Shown here: one piece after another, positions 1 through 8,028 of the stretch
Position numbering within the stretch: position 1 is the first letter of the stretch
Layout of the letters: every line of letters begins with the position of its first letter
Source: an uncultured delta proteobacterium
GTDB lineage: Bacteria > Myxococcota_A > Polyangia > Fen-1088
Direction of reading: 5' to 3'
Assembly (NCBI GenBank): GCA_963737265.1
Contig: CAVTRY010000023.1
Coordinates: 320,001 to 384,000 of the forward strand
Length of the DNA: 64,000 nt
Made by a program: the position numbers and the translations under genes
The notes under the pieces: model-generated
Told to the model about the DNA's origin: nothing
Databases searched by the model: none
The model's input: only the letters and a program-made list of their open reading frames with translations

Positions 1-816
1 CAGGCGAGCCCAAATGCTGCGTTCGTGATCGCGGTAGGCGGACAAGCGGTCGGTGAGCGACGCGAAATCGACTTCGTGCGCGTTGAACTCGGGACCGTCG
101 ACGCACGCGAAGAGGTTCTTTCCACCCACGGTTACGCGGCATCCGCCGCACATGCCCGTGCCGTCCACCATGATCGGGTTGAGCGATGCAATGGTCAGAA
201 TGCCCTTCGGCCGTGTGACCTCGGCGATGGCCCGCATCATGGGCACCGGTCCCGCGGTGATGACCGCGTTCACCGGCAGCGCTGGATCCGCGATCAGCTC
301 GCCAAGCTTGCCGGTGACGAATCCGTTGTAGCCATAGCTGCCATCGTCGGTGCAGGGATAGACCGCGTCGCAAATGGCCTTTAGCTCCTGTTCGAGAATT
401 ACATAGGGCTTCGACCTCCCGCCCATGATGGCGGTCACGCGGTTGCCCTTGCCTTTCAGCGCCGCTGCCTGCGGATAGATGACCGCTGTGCCCACTCCGC
501 CACCGACAAGCACCACATGACCGAAATGCTCGATCTCGGTGGCCTTGCCGAGCGGTCCCACGACGTCGGACAGGGCATCGCAGTCCTGAAGCGAACACAA
601 CCGTTCGGTGGTGGCGCCAATAACCTGGATGACTAGCGTAATGGTGCCGCGCTTGGCGTCGCTGTCGGCAATAGTCAACGGAACGCGTTCGCCGCCGCCA
701 TAGGCCCGAACGATCACGAAGTGCCCAGGCCGGTGACGGGCGGCCACCCTCGGCGCTTCAACTTCAAGCCGGCGAACCTTGGGAGCGAGCCATTGGGAGT
801 TGAGGATACGAAACAT
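1..816 (-). CDS. nfnA: NfnA/PyrK-type FAD/NAD-binding [2Fe-2S] oxidoreductase subunit (runs off the window start; not in the ORF track)
   Basis: Manual translation from ATG 816: MFRILNSQWLAPKVRRLEVEAPRVAARHRPGHFVIVR...GERVPLTIAD...GGGVG...SLNPIMVDGTGMCGGCRV...CVDGPEF. Confidence 0.85.
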   Translation of the reverse strand, partial: MFRILNSQWLAPKVRRLEVEAPRVAARHRPGHFVIVRAYGGGERVPLTIADSDAKRGTITLVIQVIGATTERLCSLQDCDALSDVVGPLGKATEIEHFGHVVLVGGGVGTAVIYPQAAALKGKGNRVTAIMGGRSKPYVILEQELKAICDAVYPCTDDGSYGYNGFVTGKLGELIADPALPVNAVITAGPVPMMRAIAEVTRPKGILTIASLNPIMVDGTGMCGGCRVTVGGKNLFACVDGPEFNAHEVDFASLTDRLSAYRDHERSIWARL

Positions 817-1011
817 CGAAATACCTCGCTGAGAGTCGAAAAGCGTTGAAGCTTACTCCACTCTCGCGCTTGCGTTCATCCAAAATGAGCTACCTTCCGC
901 ACCGGGCTAGCGCGCGGAAATCATTCACCTAGTTACTTACGATTCCTATCCGGGCTAAAATCGGGCCGATGCAACCATCTGCTGGCCGTCGCTGGTCAAG
1001 CTTGGGACGTC

Positions 1012-4000
1012 GTGCCTCCGCCTAACCAACCCAAACCAAACCTCGACGGTCGATTTCGCCTAGAAAGCGAACGCATCGCGGGAGGCATGGGAACGGTCTA
1101 CCGCGCCGTGGATCTGTCCACTGGCGAAACCGTCGCGGTGAAGATCTCGTCCAGCATGGGTTCGCAGCTTGGCGAGCGCTTCCAGCAAGAGGCGAACTGT
1201 CTGGCCGGAATCGCACATCCGGCGATCGTGCGCTACATCGCGCACGGCAAGACCGCCCATGGCGAACACTACCTGGTCATGGAATGGCTCGACGGCGAAA
1301 CCCTGGAGGATCGGCTGGGACGCGGGCCCATCAGCATGGGAGCAAGCGTGCAGATGATCCGCCGCGTCGGCGAAGCCCTCAGCGCCGCCCATAAGCGGGG
1401 CGTCATCCATCGCGACATCAAACCGGCGAACATCTTCTTGCCGGGTAAGGACATGTCCAAGATCAAGCTGCTCGATTTCGGCATCGCGCGGCGGCTGTTC
1501 GACCCGGCGTCGCTGCGTCTGACCCAAGCGGGCTCGGCGCTGGGCACGCCGATGTACATGTCGCCCGAGCAGGCGCAGGGCTCGCTTGACGTCGACGCCC
1601 GCGCCGACATCTTCGCGCTCGGCTGCGTGTTCTTCGAGTGCCTGACCGGGTCGCCGCCCTTCATGGCCGAGAGCACGACGGCCACCCTGGCCAAGGTGGC
1701 CTCCGACGACGACCTGGACGTGGACGCCAAATGCCCCGGCGTGCCCGCGCGCCTCACCGGTCTGCTTGCGCGCATGCTGGCCAAGCGGGCTGAAGAACGA
1801 CCGGCCTCGATGACCGAGGTCTTGGAAGTGTTGGCCACGGTCACCGCCGAGTTGCGCCTGACCGGCGTGTACCCGGTGGTGAAGAAACAGCGCTTCGTTG
1901 TCGCCGACGCGCCGTGGCTGGTGGCCACCGGCGAACGTCGACTGGTGTCGGTCATTGTGGTTTCGTCCGGGAGCCCGTCGCTTCCATCGGCGCACATCGA
2001 CCCGCGCGCCACGGTCGCCGATCTCGGGAACATCCTGGCTCGCGACCTGTCCGACGCGGAATTCGACGACTCCAGGCTCGACGCGGTTTCGCGCGACATC
2101 GCCCCATTCGGTGCGCACATTCAGCGCCTTGCCAACGGCGCTCTGGTCGTGACTCTTACCGGCGACGTCCAAACCACGCCCCTCGATCTCGCCGTCCGGG
2201 TTGCGCGCTGTGGGCTCAAACTGAAAGGCGCGCGGCGAGGATCCTCGCTCGGCATCAGCTTGGGTCACGCCATCAAGCAAGACGAGCTGCGCACCGGCGA
2301 CCTCATCGACAGCGCCGCGCACCTGGTCAGCAACGAGCACGTGGGCTCGATCCACGTCAACGACGAGATCAAGCGCCTGCTCGACGCGCGCTTCGAAATC
2401 GTGACCGAACCGGACGGCCGCGCGCGCTTGCTCTTCGAAAAAGGTCTGCGCGAAGCCCCGCGTACCGTGCTCGGCAAGGAAATCCCCTGCGTCGGCCGCG
2501 ATCGGGAGGTGCGCAATCTGGAGGGATTTTTCGAGGAATGCGTGGACGAGCCCGCGGCCCAGGTGGTGATCGTCAGCGGCTCCGCGGGTTGCGGTAAGTC
2601 GCGTGTCGCCCACGAATTTCTCGAACGCGTGCGCGACGCCGGCCACGCCTTCGAGCTGCTCATCGGCCGCGGCGATCCCATGCGCGCCAACGTATCGCTC
2701 GGCCTGGTGGGGCAAGCCGTGCGCGGCGCCGCCGGCATCAGCGGCACCGAGCCCGACGAGGTTCAGCGCAAACGCCTGTTCGCCCACACCTCGCGTTTCC
2801 TGCCCGCCAAGAGCGCGGCGACCACGGTGGCGTTTCTGGGCGAAATCGCCAACATTCGCTTTGCCGACGACGATCTTCCGCAACTTCGCGCCGCCCGCCG
2901 GGACGCGCGTCTCATGGCCGACCAGACCATGGGCGCGTGGGTGGATTGGCTGGAAGCGGAAGCCGGCCACCACTCGGTGTTGCTGTTTTTCGAGGATCTG
3001 CACTGGGGCGATTTCGCCAGCGCGAACTACGTCGACCAGGCATTGCGCGTCCTGCGCGGAAAGCCGCTCATGGTGCTGGCCCTGGCGCGGCCCGAGGTCG
3101 ACGAGCGTTTCTATGGGCTGTGGCGCGAGCGACACGTGCAGCGCATTTCCCTGCCACCCATGACCACCCGGGCCGCGCAGGAAATGATCCGACGAATCTT
3201 GGGCGATTTGGCGCCCGAAAAGGTGGCGTGGATGGTCGATCACGCCCAGGGCAATCCTTTCTATCTGGAGGAATTGGCGCGCGTCGTGGCCGCGGGCCAG
3301 GATCTCGCGGCGATTCCGGACACCGTGCTCGGCATGGTGCAGGTGCGCTTCGATGCCGTCGGCGAGGGGTCGCGGCTGGTGCTGCGCGCGGCGAGCATCT
3401 TCGGCCAAAGCTTCACCGCCGCCGGCGTGAAAGCGCTGGTCGGCGATATGGACGACGACGATATCGATCGCTGGCTGGAGATTTTGGTCGACAAGGAAAT
3501 CCTGTTTTCCCGGCCCACGGGCGACACGCACCAACTCGTGTTTCGGCACGCACTTCTCTACCAGGCCGCCCACGCCATGCTGTCGCCCAAGGACGAGGTG
3601 GCCGGACACTGCCTGGCCGGCTTCTTCTTGGAAGAGGCCGGCGAGCGCGACGCCATCGTGCTGGCCGACCACTTCGAGAAAGGCCAGAAGCCCGAGCGCG
3701 CCGTGCGCTGGCTGCGCGTCGCCGCCAACCAGGCCATGGAGGTCGACGACCTCAAGTCGGCCCTCGATCGCGTGGAGCGTGGCGTGCGCCTGGGCGCACA
3801 GGGCGACGACTTGGCGGAATTGCACGTGGTCGAGGCGGAGGCGCGTTTCTGGAAGGGTGAATACGCGGAAGCCGAGTGCGCAGCCCGCGAGGCACGGAAG
3901 TGCGAGGATCCCAAGCTGGCACTCAGGGCAATCAGCGCGCTCATTCAAGGACTGGGGCCACAAGCCAAGTACGAAGAAATCGGCCAACTCGACCGGGATC

Positions 4001-4980
4001 TCCAAGAAAGGCCGGCACAACCTGAGCTACTAAAAGCGTGGCTCGAATGCAGGGTGTATTGCACAGGCTATCTCGCCAACGCCGGCCAGTTCGGGGCCAG
4101 AGAACGCACCTTGAAATTGCTGGAGGCGGAGCGAGACAACCTGGATCCATTTCTCATCGGTCGCGCCGAGAGCATGAAGGCGCACCTGGCCCGGACCGAG
4201 GATCGACCGGCAGACTTCGCTTCTGGTTCTAGCAGCGCATCAGAGTTTTTCGAGAGCATTGGTCACAGGCGGGCGGCTACTGAAGCCCTTGGAAACTCCG
4301 GCGGTGCCCTCATGGAACTGGGTCAACTTGAAGAGGCAGAGGCGCAAATGAGAAGACTGTGGGCAATCGCGGAAAGGATGGGCTTGAACCACCTATTGGG
4401 TGGAACACTCTACACTTTGTCGAATATTCTCGCTTACCGAGGATGCCTGGACGAAGCCCGCAGCTTCGGCGAGCGCGCAGTTAAGTGGACCGCTGAAAAT
4501 AGCGATCAGTACTTTGGTAGCTACGCCCAGCTCTATTTGTCCGTAATCGAACACTTGGCGGAGAATTTCCCGGACGCCGAGCAGCATGCGCGGGTGGCAC
4601 TCGAGATGCTTGAGAACAATCCCGCTCTGCGGCCATTTGGCCTGGCTCTGCTAGCCCGATCTCTGCGTGGCCAAGGCTTAATCGTCGAAGCCCTCGCGCA
4701 GGCGCGGGGCGCCTACACTCAACTGGAGGAGCTTGGCCAGGTTCAGGACGGCGAGACCACGATCCGTCTGGCCTTTGCGGAGTGCCTGGTAGCTTCTTCT
4801 GATTTGGCGGCAGCCAGGGAGGTTGTCGAGAAGGCCGTGAAACGCCTTCTCAAGCAGGCCAGCAGCATCGACATTTCCGACTGGCGCCAGGCCTTTCTAA
4901 CCCGAATTCCCGAGCATCTCCGCATTCTCGAATTGGCACGCGAATTGGGAGTTGCCGAATGGAACGAATTGTACAATTAG
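1012..4980 (+). CDS. Ser/Thr protein kinase with degenerate cyclase-like domain, STAND-type P-loop ATPase and C-terminal TPR-like helical region
   Basis: GGMGTVY, VAVK, HRDIKPAN, DFG, GTPMYMSPEQ kinase motifs; GERRLVSV cyclase-like start; Walker A GSAGCGKS, Walker B LLFFEDLHW, GNPFY; Ala/Leu/Glu-rich helical C-terminus. Confidence 0.92.
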   Translation: MPPPNQPKPNLDGRFRLESERIAGGMGTVYRAVDLSTGETVAVKISSSMGSQLGERFQQEANCLAGIAHPAIVRYIAHGKTAHGEHYLVMEWLDGETLEDRLGRGPISMGASVQMIRRVGEALSAAHKRGVIHRDIKPANIFLPGKDMSKIKLLDFGIARRLFDPASLRLTQAGSALGTPMYMSPEQAQGSLDVDARADIFALGCVFFECLTGSPPFMAESTTATLAKVASDDDLDVDAKCPGVPARLTGLLARMLAKRAEERPASMTEVLEVLATVTAELRLTGVYPVVKKQRFVVADAPWLVATGERRLVSVIVVSSGSPSLPSAHIDPRATVADLGNILARDLSDAEFDDSRLDAVSRDIAPFGAHIQRLANGALVVTLTGDVQTTPLDLAVRVARCGLKLKGARRGSSLGISLGHAIKQDELRTGDLIDSAAHLVSNEHVGSIHVNDEIKRLLDARFEIVTEPDGRARLLFEKGLREAPRTVLGKEIPCVGRDREVRNLEGFFEECVDEPAAQVVIVSGSAGCGKSRVAHEFLERVRDAGHAFELLIGRGDPMRANVSLGLVGQAVRGAAGISGTEPDEVQRKRLFAHTSRFLPAKSAATTVAFLGEIANIRFADDDLPQLRAARRDARLMADQTMGAWVDWLEAEAGHHSVLLFFEDLHWGDFASANYVDQALRVLRGKPLMVLALARPEVDERFYGLWRERHVQRISLPPMTTRAAQEMIRRILGDLAPEKVAWMVDHAQGNPFYLEELARVVAAGQDLAAIPDTVLGMVQVRFDAVGEGSRLVLRAASIFGQSFTAAGVKALVGDMDDDDIDRWLEILVDKEILFSRPTGDTHQLVFRHALLYQAAHAMLSPKDEVAGHCLAGFFLEEAGERDAIVLADHFEKGQKPERAVRWLRVAANQAMEVDDLKSALDRVERGVRLGAQGDDLAELHVVEAEARFWKGEYAEAECAAREARKCEDPKLALRAISALIQGLGPQAKYEEIGQLDRDLQERPAQPELLKAWLECRVYCTGYLANAGQFGARERTLKLLEAERDNLDPFLIGRAESMKAHLARTEDRPADFASGSSSASEFFESIGHRRAATEALGNSGGALMELGQLEEAEAQMRRLWAIAERMGLNHLLGGTLYTLSNILAYRGCLDEARSFGERAVKWTAENSDQYFGSYAQLYLSVIEHLAENFPDAEQHARVALEMLENNPALRPFGLALLARSLRGQGLIVEALAQARGAYTQLEELGQVQDGETTIRLAFAECLVASSDLAAAREVVEKAVKRLLKQASSIDISDWRQAFLTRIPEHLRILELARELGVAEWNELYN

Positions 4981-5021
4981 ACAATCACAATTGACCAATT
5001 CGCCTGTGCAATGCCAGAAAT

Positions 5022-5055
5022 GAGAAACGCCGTCCACTAGTGGACGGCGTTTCTC
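5022..5055. terminator. Perfect 34-bp palindrome, probable bidirectional intrinsic terminator between the convergent kinase and peptide genes
   Basis: GAGAAACGCCGTCCACT|AGTGGACGGCGTTTCTC is its own reverse complement. Confidence 0.8.
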
Positions 5056-5085
5056 GATCTGATTCACCACAGTCGGGTGAACTAC

Positions 5086-5154
5086 CTAGTGAGGCCAGTG
5101 GCCGCCGCCGCTGCGAACCTTGCTCTTTACCTTGAGACCCTTTTTGTTAGCCAT
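5086..5154 (-). CDS. 22-aa small peptide MANKKGLKVKSKVRSGGGHWPH, candidate RiPP/signal precursor
   Basis: ATG 5154 with AAAGGAG 7 nt upstream in an A/C-rich leader; TAG ends at 5086; hairpin follows; basic leader + GGG + His/Trp tail. Confidence 0.75.
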   Translation of the reverse strand: MANKKGLKVKSKVRSGGGHWPH

Positions 5155-5184
5155 GATACTGCTCCTTTGTTGTTGGTTGGTTGC

Positions 5185-5200
5185 TGCACTGACAAGTCCA
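5185..5200 (-). promoter_or_regulatory. Possible sigma54 -24/-12 promoter for the peptide gene
   Basis: TGGACTTGTCAGTGCA has GG-N10-GC spacing, 30 nt before the ATG; differs from canonical TGGCAC. Confidence 0.45.
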
Positions 5201-5238
5201 TTGGAACGCCGATTCGTGACGGGAACAAGTCAGAAGTG

Positions 5239-5382
5239 TGACGATTCGTCAGACATCTGACGTTTTTGCCACCGAAAGCGCAAAAGACGCCGAAAAACAA
5301 GGCATCTCCGATGCTCGTCGAGCCAAGAAAACGCGTCATCGTCATGAACTTGACAGATCGTCAGATATTTGACGATCTGTCA
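5239..5382. promoter_or_regulatory. Two tandem operator-like dyads built from TGAC-N5-GTCA
   Basis: 5351-5382 TGACAGATCGTCA-gatatt-TGACGATCTGTCA (perfect 13-bp arms); 5239-5271 TGACGATTCGTCA-gacatc-TGACGTTTTTGCCA. Confidence 0.55.
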
Positions 5383-5453
5383 TTTCAATGGCTTGGCGGA
5401 CGATGGCGCACGAGTCGTCATGCGGTTGGCACCCGCGGAGTGTCAGAGGCGCA

Positions 5454-5550
5454 AATTCGCCAGAAATCTGGCTCGCCCAACCCCATTTTGGATGCTTCTT
5501 GCGTCCATCCTGGGTGCAGGCATGAATCGACACTCTCCGGGCACGTAGCT
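5454..5550 (+). repeat. Direct repeat copy 1: decayed copy of the tRNA-Arg promoter/leader plus the first 12 nt of the tRNA
   Basis: Aligns to 9792-9889 with about 6 substitutions and 1 indel; ends in GGGCACGTAGCT (5539-5550). Confidence 0.9.
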
Positions 5551-5559
5551 GGTCCGGAG

Positions 5560-6783
5560 CTAGTCAGGCTTTCTCGCCCTGAAAAAGCATCGGATCATCT
5601 CGCCCCGTGCGAGTAGCTTCTTCTCCACACCGAACTCTTCCAGCCATTGGCCGACAGCATCCTTGCCAAGGTCTCCCTCGAGGGCGATTCGGTTGCCTTG
5701 CGTGAAGCGCAGGTATTTTTCCACGATTTCGGCAAACCCGGGTGTCCCATCCTCGACGAGGATGTCGCCAAACCCAGCGCAAGACAGCGTGTCGGCCAAG
5801 TGCTTCGCGGTCGCCATAAAGGGGCCGCACACGAGGGCATCGCTGATCCCATGGTCCGTACTTGGACAGGTCGCGTAGAATAGGAACCATCCACCCGGCC
5901 GCAGAACGCGAAAAGCTTCGCTGGCACAGCTCGCGAAATCCGAGATGAAGTAGGAAAAGTCCGCGCCCACCACGGCCACGAATTGCGCGTCGGGCAGGGT
6001 AGTTCCATCGTCCATATCCTCCAGCCGGCTGGCATGGCCGCGAAATCCGCGAACATGGTCCATCCGTTTGGCCCGCGCAGCCATGGTCAGAGAAAGAAGC
6101 GCGACCGCGGAGGGATCCAGCGCAACCACGCTCATGCACAGTTGCGTGGCGATTTCGAATGCCAGACCGCCGCAACCGGCACCGATTTCAAGCACGGCGT
6201 CGGAAAACGCCGGCCTCGACTCCCTGGGGCCAAGCACCTCCAACACCCGAGCAATCTCCTTCGCGCTGAGAAAGCTGTACTGGCCCACATCCGCGCCCAG
6301 AACCTGGTCGTTGACCTTGGACATCCACGGGCTGATCGCGTTGCGAAGGAAAGCACGGTCGAAGAAGCAGCGCGACCGTTTCTCCACATACGCCATGGCG
6401 CGCGCGGCACCATACGCTGCTTCTTGGCCTATCTTCTCCGGTAGCGCACAAAGAGGGAACCACCGCCATTGGACATTCTTCGAGGGATCCAAAGGAGCGG
6501 CTGTACCGGGTGTATCCAACAGCACCACCAAGGAGACGGCGCGTTCTCCGTGGCTCAGACGGTGATCCAGCACCTCGCGATTCCCTTCGAAGGGAAATCC
6601 AGTGTTCTCCAAGAGGCATCGCTTGGCCGCCGCGAGGACGTCCTCGCCATCCCGCAGATCGGTCAGCGGAATATTCCACGGAGGCCGCCGCGCACCCGCG
6701 GGCTGAAACGCCCGGCCGAGCAAGAGATGGCTCTGCCTCAGCACGACGACATCGACCCCTACGCGCCATCCTGATGTAGGCAC
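5560..6783 (-). CDS. Degenerate NUDIX-like domain fused to a class I SAM-dependent methyltransferase
   Basis: GEDVLAAAKRCLLENTG resembles a broken Nudix box; VLEIGAGCGG (SAM motif I) and RVLRPGG; GTG start after GGAGG. Confidence 0.75.
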   Translation of the reverse strand: MPTSGWRVGVDVVVLRQSHLLLGRAFQPAGARRPPWNIPLTDLRDGEDVLAAAKRCLLENTGFPFEGNREVLDHRLSHGERAVSLVVLLDTPGTAAPLDPSKNVQWRWFPLCALPEKIGQEAAYGAARAMAYVEKRSRCFFDRAFLRNAISPWMSKVNDQVLGADVGQYSFLSAKEIARVLEVLGPRESRPAFSDAVLEIGAGCGGLAFEIATQLCMSVVALDPSAVALLSLTMAARAKRMDHVRGFRGHASRLEDMDDGTTLPDAQFVAVVGADFSYFISDFASCASEAFRVLRPGGWFLFYATCPSTDHGISDALVCGPFMATAKHLADTLSCAGFGDILVEDGTPGFAEIVEKYLRFTQGNRIALEGDLGKDAVGQWLEEFGVEKKLLARGEMIRCFFRARKPD

Positions 6784-6801
6784 ATCGCCCTCCGGCCAGG
6801 T

Positions 6802-8028
6802 CTAGGACATGAACCTTTTGAGGATTGACTTGAGCCCGTCGGCGAAGGCGGAAACCTCATCCAGCGTGTTGTAAATGTAGGCCGAGGCGCGCACTGCCCC
6901 ATGGGGAAGGCTCAAGCGATCGAAGAATGGATGTGCGCAATGGAACCCCGAACGCACCATGATCTTGAAACTATCGCTGAGCATGAGCGCGAGCTCATCC
7001 GGGCCAGGAAGTGGAGACTCGAGCACCAGTTGCGCGAGGGCTAGCCTAGGCTTCGCTGGGGACATGAGGAGACGCACCTTGGGAAGCCGACGAAGTTCCA
7101 CCTCCATTCGGTCGGCCAAGGCTTCCTCGTGCGCGGCAATGGCGTCGAACCCCAGGGCTTCCAGATAGTCCATCGCTGCCGCAAGTCCCACAACGCCGGC
7201 GATGTTGGGAGTCCCGCTCTCGAAACGGAAGGGGATGTTCTTCAAAGTGTAGCCCGAGGTGGTCACCCGTTCTACCGTCCCGCCGCCAAGCGAAAGGGGC
7301 TCGATCGTTTCAAGAAGTTCCCTGCGCCCCCAAAGGACGCCGGTCCCCGTGGGGCCCAACATCTTGTGCCCACTGAAGACGAGGAAATCGCAGCCCAAGC
7401 TGCGAACGTCCAGGGGGATATGGGGCGCGCTCTGGGATGCATCCACGAGCACGAGCACGTCTCGATTCTTCACCACCTTGCAGATATCGGCAATGGGCTC
7501 GATGATTCCCGTGACGTTCGAGGCGTGGCTCAAGACCAATACACGGGGACGATGTTCCTCAACGGCTTTGAGAACCACCTCCGGCCGCAATGGAGCGAGG
7601 GGATCGCGCTCGATGAATCGTAGGCAGGCTTCGCGCATCCACGGCAATAGCAGCGAGTGATGGTCGGTAACGCAAGCCAGAATCCGATCCGACTTCCCGA
7701 GCCCCAACCCTCGCGCAACCAGATTGATCCCTTCCGTGGCGTTGCTCACAAACACGACGCACGCGGGATCGCCGCCCACAAAGCGCGCAGCACGCCGTCG
7801 CGCGCCGTCATAGGCGGAAGATGCCTCCTCGGAAAGGAGGTGCTTGCCCCGATGGATGTTGGCAGTGAATTCCTCGGAATACCGACGTTCGGCCTGAATG
7901 ACCGCGCGCGGCTTCAGGGCGGTTGCCGCGGAATCGAAATACAGAAGGGGACTGCCGTCCACCCGTCGCTCGAGCAGCGGGAAGTCAGCCCGCAGCCTGT
8001 TCGTCCAATCCTCGTCGAGCGATTTCAT
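6802..8028 (-). CDS. Group II (SufS/CsdA-type) PLP-dependent cysteine desulfurase / selenocysteine lyase
   Basis: YFDSAAT, ANIHRG, DASQS, FSGHKMLGPTG (PLP Lys), FESGTPN, VRSGFHCAHP (catalytic Cys); ATGA overlap with the upstream gene. Confidence 0.9.
   Translation of the reverse strand: MKSLDEDWTNRLRADFPLLERRVDGSPLLYFDSAATALKPRAVIQAERRYSEEFTANIHRGKHLLSEEASSAYDGARRRAARFVGGDPACVVFVSNATEGINLVARGLGLGKSDRILACVTDHHSLLLPWMREACLRFIERDPLAPLRPEVVLKAVEEHRPRVLVLSHASNVTGIIEPIADICKVVKNRDVLVLVDASQSAPHIPLDVRSLGCDFLVFSGHKMLGPTGTGVLWGRRELLETIEPLSLGGGTVERVTTSGYTLKNIPFRFESGTPNIAGVVGLAAAMDYLEALGFDAIAAHEEALADRMEVELRRLPKVRLLMSPAKPRLALAQLVLESPLPGPDELALMLSDSFKIMVRSGFHCAHPFFDRLSLPHGAVRASAYIYNTLDEVSAFADGLKSILKRFMS

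Noticed and set aside
1060-4020. 986-aa antisense ORF and similar long shadow ORFs (e.g. 33750-35252, 62665-63867)
   Set aside because: Expected antisense open frames in high-GC3 genes; the opposite strand has clear family motifs
5539-5550. Second tRNA gene
   Set aside because: Only the first 12 nt match; the cloverleaf does not continue
5127-5616. ORF-track entries 5127-5345, 5266-5616 and 5342-5533
   Set aside because: No recognisable motifs; they cross palindromes and the promoter repeat, and the 22-aa frame owns the good SD
6802-8028. Housekeeping SUF Fe-S cluster operon
   Set aside because: No sufBCD, sufE or sufU nearby; the gene is coupled to a ligase inside an accessory cassette
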